Shown here: piece by piece, positions 53,813 through 64,000 of the stretch
Position numbering within the stretch: position 1 is the stretch's first letter
How the letters are laid out: each line of letters starts with the position of its first letter
Origin: Azolla caroliniana
Taxonomy: Eukaryota > Plantae > Polypodiophyta
Assembly: GCA_043228905.1 (NCBI GenBank)
Contig: JBHGNT010000002.1
Span: 25,420,001-25,484,000 of the forward strand
Reading direction: 5' to 3'
DNA: 64,000 nt
The notes under the pieces: model-generated
Database searches by the model: none
What the model was told of the DNA's origin: nothing
The model's input: the letters and a program-made list of their open reading frames with translations, nothing else
Translations under genes and position numbers: made by a program

Positions 53813-56800
53813 TTAAAAATATTTGTCCTTGTAAGCCCAATCTTTTTTGGAGACATATATATAGAAATACTTTTTGTAATCTTTCCGCGTGGGTTTAAAA
53901 TATGTTGGCTTCTCAGCACGAACGGAGGCAATGAATTAGTAGTGGGTGTATACATAACTTCAAAGATGAGATAGATAGATAATAATTGACATGAAATAAG
54001 ACATGATTTGACTAGCAATGATATGGGCAAATTAATTATGTTAGACTTAAAAAAAGGAAGGATCCTTCACAATCTAGAAAGATGATTAGTCTAAGTAATT
54101 TAAGAAGTGCAACATGTTAGTGCTACATATGAAATTTACAGGTTGGAGTAGTATAATCAAGTTGACATAGAGATATGTATTACGTGTGATAAAGTTGCTA
54201 CTTGGGTAACAATTCATATGTTTTATGTATTCATTATACACTTAAACAATGGTAATGCAAGCACCATTAAATAACCTATTGTTAGACATGTGGAAAGATG
54301 TTTGACACGTATAATGTTTTGACATCAATGTCTTGACTTTGATGTCAAAAAAAGTTTCTTCAGTGGAGGGTAAACCCAACTAATAATAACATGGACTGAT
54401 TGTTTATTGCGCACCTTTCTGAATTTGGTGAAAATGTTCAAATTTGGCATTTATAGTTATAGTAAAAGTTCGTAACAATCTCCATCCACACATAGAATTA
54501 AGTGTTATGTTTATTATATTTATAGTAAAAAGTTCAAAACAATCTCCATTCACACAATTGTGGCATCAATTGTTAGGCAACCAATTGTGCATTCTGGTAC
54601 GCAACCTTTGACTCTTATCGGCTCAAAATGTGTGTTATATCTGGTAGTGATTTGTTAAAAGGCTCTTATGACGATCATGCAAAATATCATATCTTGGCTT
54701 ATGCTAATGGTCTAGTATTCCACTAGAGCATTAACATAAACCAACATATATGAAGCATATTTAGGAACTATATTCTACTTTTAGTGTGTTTTTTGCTTAA
54801 TGCTAGTATGAAGTTATATGTTGAGTTTATCTTTTATGGTCGTTAAGTTCAATGCATTTATGAATGTATGCACATGAATATGCATTTTTAGAGGGTTGCT
54901 TATTTATGTCTATGGCATTTTGCCATGTTACACAAAGGATCTTGATACCGTCTAATAGAATTTTGAAAACCTTTTGTCTAATAGAGTTTTGAAAACCTTT
55001 TGAACGTTATTGGGAGTAAATGCTTTGAAATGTGAGTTGCGTGTCCATTATCATGCAACGAGGAGGCTATACGAGAATGTGAATTATATGTAAGACTTTG
55101 GGGTATACTCCAAGTGTCAAAGATTGTTGTTGTGCCTTTTAGTTCTTATGTGTAACTTTTGATTGAAATTGTATTCGGCCTAGAGTTCCCAACTTTCTTT
55201 GGGAAAGGGACAAGAACATTCATAGTGAAGGACTTGAGCAATAATCTAGATTGAAAAGAATTGTAGGTGAGCACAACAATTACAAAGATACTACTCTAAA
55301 CTTTGGGAGTTCAATGAGGTAGAATATTGTAATGATGAATACAAGAAGGAAATTCCCTCATATCATGCTCGGAATTTATCAATTCATTTCGGGTAAATCT
55401 TGGATCTTATTGTTCTTTGCAAACCTTCAGAAGTATATTGCCATATACTGTGTTTTTCTCAATTGGCGATTCTTTTCAAATACATATATTTCCTATTATG
55501 ACAGACACTTGTCTTCATGTGTGTTGATAGATGAACACTCACAAAGATCAAACCACAAGGAGGTGATAGAGAATAAGTTTCACAATAAGAAATGTTACAA
55601 AACTTGACAATAATTTGGGACACAAAGTGTTGCAATGTCTTCAGAGTGAATGTAATCTAGAATGTGCAATTTAGTTTGCCGTATTTGCTAATTAATGTCA
55701 TTGTTGACATCTTTGATACTTTGATGAGGCATTTTTTGCAAGATTGAGGTTACCTTCATCTAGGAAATGTTGTATGATTTTTATTAGCCATATTGACACA
55801 ACGATATGAAAATTAGGGTCAAGTTCACATCCCACCATTTAAAAAAATAATTGTAGCAATATTATGTCACCCTCAATTGCCAAATACTTGTGATAAATGT
55901 TTTTAACATATGCACGTTGAACCTTACATCCTTACGATGACCTGTGATACCATTATCCACACACCCAACTTCAAACACAAGATCTCGAGTTTATTGATGC
56001 ACCAAGTTATTGTTTGTTAATTGTTTCACATGTGCTCCTCCTAAATATAAAGCGGCGGGTCTTTTAAAATTAACCTCATTAACATATGGTATTGGCATTA
56101 CTTTTGTAAAGAATAAAAACCAAGTTCTTAGGTCAACATCGTTCATTAATTCTTGGTCTAGGCATAAAATATTCACATCTATTGTTTGGGTCATATTATA
56201 GTGTCCCAATTGGTAGAGTAAGATGTGTGATTGAACACAACATGCAATGTGGGTGGAGTATACTTATTGGACTTCATATGCTCGGAAGTCAGTATGTGGG
56301 GTTGCATAATGTCAAATGCAACATTAGCACAACACATTGAATTCAATGTTTGAACATAAACTCAATCATTTAGAGCTACATATGCCTATGTTCAGCTTAA
56401 CAATACATCATCATAGAGATTTAGTGCTCTTCATCACATACTTTTGATGACATGATTGATATAATTAGTGGGAGGTCACAATTACACTTTTCTAGCAAGG
56501 CATATGTCAAATGTATGATCAAAGTAACTATATTAGGATAATTAGACCTTAAAAGGGCATTTTGAAACCATAACCTTTACGTGCATGACCTTGAACTTCA
56601 CATATGTTTGAATGTATGGTATAATCTTACAATTTAGGTCCTTGTCTATTCAATGAGATATTGCAAATTGCAATGTATATATTGGCTACATTTGAACCTT
56701 CTTCATGACACTACATTCATCACGCAATTCTTCTATCGTCATTTGGAGTGTGGAATATATTATAGTTCAAACATGTCACGCAAATAGTGTTGACCTAATT

Positions 56801-59407
56801 ACATATGTGATAATAGTTTTCAAGTTGTTAGAGGGTTGTTCCCAATGTCATAATGGACTCTCCTACAATGAGTGATGTAAAGAAAATGCTACATTGTGTA
56901 TTCTATTAGGTGTGAACTCCGACCATTGGACTAATGATATTGATTAAGGCATCTTATACATTTCGATGCATGTTTATACCTATACTTCATTATCATGGTC
57001 ACTCTAGATAATGTTATACCTTTTGTTATTCACATTAATAAAAAAATCTCATATTCTACATATTCATAATCCACGTTATATATTTTGATACGTATATTAA
57101 ACATCATGCACAAGATTGTCAATGTCGTCAGTTGTGATACTAGATGTGGGATTTGATGCTTCATTTCATCTCTCTCTAGCCTTTTCTCCTCCCTACATTT
57201 CGCGTTTATATTTGCGCCCACACTAGTTGGAATGTATGTTCATGTCTCTCCAACTAGCTTACTGAATGTAATGAAACCACCTATTCATTCTCTCAGGTTC
57301 TTATCTCCCAATTGTCACAAAAAACAAGTTGGGTATGGAATAAAAGAACATATATAAGAAACAACAACTCAACATTTTATGAAAAGATGTAGTGGTCAAA
57401 TAAGGTATTATAGAAATCTGAAAAGCAACACTAAACTAAGAATCCAATATAATATCTACTAAAGCAAGCAATAAAGAATCCAAGGTGTGGATTCTTCAAC
57501 GATAATTTGATGTCTCTACATGAGCAATGACGTTATATAGTTTCATTGCTAAAGTATTCGAAATTTATCCTCAAATTTAGGAATTCAAAATACAAGAACG
57601 TAAACATTTTATCTCTCATCACAATTTGATGACCGGTTTGTATAGATAATTGAAATATGCAATATGTATTTTGGAACATTAGATCATGAATAACGTGAGT
57701 CTAGAAGCATCAATTGCTTCTTTTCAAACACATGAAATCTGAACATGGCACTCATAATGCACATAACTATTATCCCATGAGTGGCCCGTAAGTAGTCTCT
57801 GTATAAATGCTACACTTAAAAAGGTGCAAAATTATTGATTTATTTTTTCATGTTTGGTAATAGGGAAGTCTATGATCTATATCACAATTGTGTCCAATGT
57901 TTACGGGGTTGAAAGTTCTTTACAAACCACAAACATAAAGTGAACATTAATCTTAGCACATTCAAGTGTATGGTATTTTTGAACAAACATGAACATATAA
58001 TAAATAATTTGTTCCTACTTACATAGGTCCTTTTTTCACAATGAGTAATGTAACGACTTGTGAAGCTCTTTTCTGGTTTAGTTTGATATCGCAAGTGTGC
58101 AATAAATAAGATGAATTTTCAATTGGCACTACTTGTTGCACGTTTTTCTTGCGATACAAGAAGATGCGTTAATATAATAGTTGAAGGCTAGGCTTTGGAT
58201 GAGAAATATACTTGGGTGTAGATGGCAAATCACCAAATGAGAATCTTTTATTGTATTCCAATGCCCTTTACACACATGAGTTAGCGCTGGATTGGTAAAT
58301 TGGAATATGGAAAGCATTTGTTCTTCGTTGTTCCTTAAGAAGCAAATAATCATCACTATCTTGGTGTCCTCAATGCTTGAGTAATGATGTGCATGTTCTT
58401 GTGACATCAATTGGACATGAAAAAAAAATCATAGTGAGATGAAGACTTGATACATGTATACATAAGAGAGTGTAGAACTATATATCCCTGATGAAGGAAT
58501 GATAGGACATTTTGAATTTATCTTCTTCCAAGAGAGGATATCCAAGCTTGGGTGGCATGTGCACATACAATGACAACAATTATTATAGAATGATGACTGT
58601 TAGGCATATTTTCACATCCTTTCAACAATGGAACCATAAAACTCTCATGTTTGCCTCTTCGAATATTGTACCGAGAACAAAGGTGACGTGGTGGCGGTCA
58701 CAACCTTTAATACTTATATATTCCGTATATGGTAAGGATAACTTTCGACAATGGGCTTTGTAAATACACTTAAAACAATAAAAGTATGCAAGTCAATACG
58801 CAATATAACATATGTGAGCAACACATGGTGAAACTTTTCCTATAGAAATACTTTTTTTAGCTTTTCTTCTATAAGATTAAGTACACTTCACATAAAGGGA
58901 ATCCCTTACAACTAAGAACATGGGCCTTCGCTAAAACTTTAGGGTTTTGTGAAAGCACTCAAAAATACGGTATTTTCTTCGAGTGAAAGTTGAGTATCTT
59001 TTCAATTTTGTCGACTTTGTTTTAGTAATAACTAGTCGACATGAGTCGAAAACCTACAAAAGAATGGTAAGTGTACAAAATTCCCCATGGATAATAATTG
59101 TATATCGGCTTGGTAAACATGAATGCCTTTTGACTTCTATTGTCTATTCTTGCTATTGATGTCTTGGTATGGAACCCTTATGCGTAATTTTACATTGTGG
59201 TCGATGCCTACTAGGAGTATAGTAATGTATATAAATGAAATAAAAATTGATGATAATTAAGAGGACCACAAACTTCTAAGTAGTATGAACTCTTGAATGA
59301 AATAATATCCTTGATTATGTTATGTCGATAGACATATGCTTAACTAGGGTTTACCAAGAGTGCTTGAGGTTTGTCATATAGTCCAAATCAAGCAATATTC
59401 CTTTTGC

Positions 59408-59568
59408 ACCACCTATTTTTGATAGCCCTTTGAGTCTTTGTTCATTAGGAAAACTTAAATTGCATATGATCATGTTTCAAGAGCTTGTCACCGCCTATTT
59501 TCTATAGGCCTTTTAGTCTTTGTTCATTAGGAACACTTAAATCACATATGACCATGTCTCAAGAGCTC
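59408..59568. repeat. ~81-bp tandem duplication
   Basis: cacc.cctatttt..agtctttgttcattaggaa..cttaaat..catatga.catgt.tcaagagct occurs twice. Confidence 0.8.
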
Positions 59569-62500
59569 GTCATTTTGAAATAGATATGCTAAAATTCAAT
59601 CTTGTGGTGGTGTTCATCTCCAATTCCATTCTCCTTATTGATTGTTTGTTAGTCCACCAACATTAAAACATTGGTCAAGAAAGTGTTTGTCCATGTTTTG
59701 CATTTAAGACTACGATCATCTGGAGTATGTTCTCCAAGTTTATTATTGTTTACTTACCTCTCATCTTTGATCCATTTTGGTTCATAGTCTATATATGGTC
59801 TATATATGGTGCAATGTCAATCCTAGTATATTATAGTTCCTTTTCACGTGTTGGGATGTGAGGTTTTGTAAAACCATTTATTTTGGGGTGTACTCTCCTC
59901 GTTGTTTGTAACTTGTGCAATTTGTTAGCATTGCCTCAAGGCAATGATATTGTCTTTGGAATACTCATGTGTTGATCCATTAGTATTTTAAAGGGTTAAT
60001 AATTCTCCTAGTATACTAACTAAAAATGACTCCTATTCTTTGTGCTTCATGGATCTTGCGCAACATATTTTGCATCATCCCCCTTCAATACTCACAATCT
60101 CACGAGTGATGCATGCTAGTGGTGTGTACTTGCTTCTTCCTCTTCTACCACATGTGGTACTCCAAAATCAGCATTGCATATAAGTTCTTGTTCCCACTTT
60201 GTCAATTGGCATCAAAACATTGCCCAAAATATCTTCTGCACTCTTGCTTTGGATTGTCAACTAACTTTAGCTAAGTGATATGGATGCTTTCTATTAAGTA
60301 TTAACATGAAAACATATTGTATTGTGATATTGGTGACATCTACATGTAGATGGGAAACCATACCCACTAACAGGTGGTCAAATAATGTTAGTTTATTGTT
60401 GCCATGCTTATTGTGAGTTACCAATAAATTTCATAGGATTATAGATGTAGATGAGAATATCATTCGTTGGATGGGGGGGTCACGAGTTATGAAAGTAAGC
60501 TCATTTTGTTGCTAAGCTTCAAGTAATATGTGTGGAAGTAAAAGTAGATATTGGCCAAATCAATAATATGCAATTGGGCAATCGCCACTAATGTGAAATT
60601 TGTTGATGGGAGAAATGGTTGATTCCCCGATATTGATGAGAAATTGTTGTCTCAATGTGAAAATGGTAAGTGTCAAAAGTGGCACATGGGTCGACTCACT
60701 TTGTTGCTAGGTGGCAATGAAAATCATAAATCAATGATATAAGGTGGCATGCTAGGAAAACATATTGTAGAATTATATTATAAACAATGGGATCAAGTGG
60801 TTGGACATGGCACTCACTATTGACCAACTATATTATAACCAATGAGATCATGTCTTAGGAAATCAAGGCCAATGAGATTGGATGCTATGCAATCAAATCC
60901 AATGAGAGGTGGTCAAGTGTCCATTGATTGTTGCTAGGTCGAAATGCCATATGAAAATTTGACGATCATGTGGACAATTGCCATGATCAATTGGACAGGA
61001 AGAGGTTATGTGGATTCCCGTAGGTTATTCAACCAACAAGATGTGTGCCCAAAGTGTGTGGTAGCAACCATGGAATGGGTGACTAATTGTCACATTAAAG
61101 CTTTTGGTGTGTTTGTTTGTGTTGTGTAGATAGTGAAGTCCCTTTTTTTTTCATTTGCTTTTCTAAAGGTTAAAAAAATAGAAATATTGGGGGGTGGGAG
61201 GGAGGGTCCTACTAACCATATGTAAGTATAAATTCCTCAAGCCCTTTGCTATTTCTCTCAATGAAGTCACCCAGTAATCACATCGTATCTAAGATTTAAT
61301 CATCTCTCTTATCATGAGATTATGTCCTCTAATTATCATGATTATAATAATTAATGATCTATGAAGAAGGCTTAGTTAGCATTAAATCTCATCTTCATTG
61401 TTAGAACATTATTTATTAAATAAAAAAATTTAATCAACTAAGTTATTGTTTTTTGTTAAGAATTAATGGCAATGATTAGCAACACAGATGATCCCATGAA
61501 TGATGTTATGATGAATGTGAAGATATCAATAGATGATTATCCCATCTATGGAGGGCCACCACTAGGTAATCAATTCCTTAATTAACTAATTATTCTACTT
61601 CATTAATTACTATGTCATCATGTACATGTAATAAATTAGATATATTCATCCACAACATTAAAAGAGTTTACCAAGAATACTCATACATCTAAGTTTTAAG
61701 AAATTCCAAGGATACCCTAGCATTTTCTAAGCAATGCCCAACATATCCATCCCCTATCATTGTACCCACTAAGTTGATGTGAATTTCTGTTGGACTAACC
61801 CTAATCAATGGTTGATGTTAGTTTTGCTTGAGTAGTATCTAACCAACCACACATATTAGGGATGTAGTGGACTTGAGCTGCACCTGGGAATTTTTTGTGC
61901 TCTATTCTTGTTCTTTCGCCTAGAGCCGTTTTGTGCAAATTTCTTTTGGACAATTGTGATTGGTAAAGGAGTGGATACAAAGGTGCCCTTAGAATTTCTG
62001 TCCCTTCAAAATAAAATAAAAAGTTGGTTTCTCTTGTCACTTGTTTTAGAGTTTTTTAGACAACTTTGAGAAGCCCAACTATTTGGCCACAAAACATACA
62101 AAATATAAGTGGATAGCATTGTGCCATTAAAAGCCCAATAATTTGAGACATTCCTAGGAAATGTGACGATTTGTATTTTTGACAAAGCATGATGAATAAC
62201 AAAATCTAATTTAGCGACATTTCCAAAACAATACCAAGTAAGAGAATTTCGACTTGGTATGGGCAAACTTGTTAGTAGGAGATGAACATTAATTTCAAAT
62301 TGAGGTTATCTTGAGTAAACATAATATTTATTGAATAGTGATGAGGGTTAATGGAAGACAGGTAAAATGTTAACTTGCGTGAGAGAGAAAGAGCGTTATA
62401 GAGAGTGGAAGTTATAAGGTAAGATAGGAAGAAGTTATTTGGAAAACTGTTGAATTTTTTTGAAATATCAAGGGTGTTTGGGCAAATTTCACTTATTATT

Positions 62501-63874
62501 TATTGTATGCTTTGTATGTCCTTAATTACGAGTACTTTTGAGCATTAAGCCCCAGAGGAATCGTACAATGGGTAGTTAATCAAACAAATTAATTACAACA
62601 CACAAATACACATAAATCTTGATTTTTTCGTTACATTATTAGTCAATCAACCCAATATATATTTTGTATAGTGTTTATGGTGAAATCAAGGAAACTTGAT
62701 GCCACACTCACGAAATTCTAATGATTAATGTGAATGATTTATTAACTTGTTTGGTGTAACAAGGACATGTTTTTAACCTTTGTGTGTGTGTGTGTGTGTG
62801 TGTCCCTTTATTTACAGGAGTGGACACTTTAAAGGCACATGCAGATGATTTTATTGAAGTGGATGTTGGGAAGACTAGGAATGATCACAAGTCTCCCTTT
62901 CGTATCAATCTAAAGGTAAACAATGGGCCCTGACAACCATTATCTTCAATAGTATTATCTTTCCTTATTGGAAGCTATCGAACCCCAAGAAATCTAATAA
63001 TAACATAGGCATCTAGTAAAACATTATATTCCCCTCATGCACCCTATTCAACAAGGCCAACAATACCAGAGCTCCTATAGATTGCTTGTTTTTGCATGCT
63101 TTCATTAATCGCATATTCCCTCATGTGCCTTATTTAGTGCTCTCAATATTGATTGTGGCACATTCTTGCGTAAAATAAGGCCAAGTTCCAACACATCACT
63201 TGTGCATGTTTAAACTAATCACATGACCTCGATCTAATAGTTTCTTAAGTTTTTAATAAAAACAAAGCCAAATTCCTATACATTGCTTACTTATGCGTGG
63301 TTTACATTGATCACATGTCCTAATTTAAATACACACTCATTGGGAAGATGCCTTTTTTTTTGTATTACGTGTGTGAGTATCATGTTGTGTTTTAACATGA
63401 GGGAATGCACACTTCTTGGTAATATGCCTCGTTAATTGAAATAAAAAAAATACATCTCTTGAGCTAAAAAGCAGTCCATTGGCACAATTTGAGCAATAAA
63501 GCACTGGCCACTTATCACATTGTTTTTGTAGGGGCTTGATTGCTTGTTTTGTGTGCTATTTTTTGCCAAATCATATGGCCAAAGGGGAAACTCGCATATC
63601 TCCTAATTTGCTAAAATTAACATCTTCCACTAGTCTTTAAGCCTGGAGTTCAAAAGTTACTTTTGTTTTGTTGAAAAGGAAAAAAACTCTCAGTGCAATA
63701 CATGACATCCTATTTGAGAATCAATGACATGGTATGGGCTTAAGCTAAAACAAAATAAGCCGCATACCATACAAGCACAAACCAAGCCTACCTCCAACAC
63801 CTTGGCATTGATATATTCCTGTGAACTTCATTTATTTCCCCAAAGCACAAAAAGGCACATCACAATTTTCTCGT

Positions 63875-63877
<3 letters not shown>

Positions 63878-63930
<53 letters not shown>
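63878..63930. repeat. (TA)n microsatellite
   Basis: Perfect TA run. Confidence 0.95.
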
Positions 63931-63932
<2 letters not shown>

Positions 63933-64000
63933 TCATCTTGAAGATTTACTCATAACTAACCAGTTTAGGGTTTTGAGAAGAGCTCATTTTCTGCCTAGTG

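Noticed and set aside
54000-63800. Genes or classifiable TEs in the last 10 kb (faint Gypsy RNase H-like traces near 62900-63250)
   Set aside because: Only short ORFs without motifs are present, and the similarity is too weak to support a call.

Overview
AT-rich, intron-containing land-plant nuclear DNA. A seed-free lineage such as a compact-genome fern is inferred, not proven, from the YGKCG-rich PLS-PPR style, short introns and gene density. Nine gene models could be spliced by hand with GT-AG introns. (1) A 5'-truncated OBERON-family PHD protein (+). (2) A single-exon PLS/E-class PPR protein (+). (3) An EPF/EPFL signalling peptide (+). (4) A 10-exon PPR4-like RRM+P-PPR protein (-). (5) A 13-exon protein with two retropepsin-like DTG domains (+). 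(6) A CFL1-like WW protein with poly-Q (-). (7) An ACHT/Lilium-type thioredoxin (+). (8) The DIM1 rRNA dimethyltransferase (-). (9) A frameshifted SDH2-3-like gene (+). The intergenic DNA holds a hAT-type MITE family with 8-bp TSDs, a solo LTR with a perfect 5-bp TSD, decayed LINE/Copia fragments, tRNA-like SINE heads, a composite minisatellite, telomere-like repeats and several tandem duplications. The best candidates for novelty are the bacterial-style double-DTG protease with an organelle-like transit peptide, the EPFL with a 65-aa His/Arg-rich loop and an odd seventh Cys, a 14-aa repeat in PPR4 built from copies of its own RNP2 motif, and a minisatellite that appears derived from a SINE head. 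All homology calls come from recognised motifs, not database searches.
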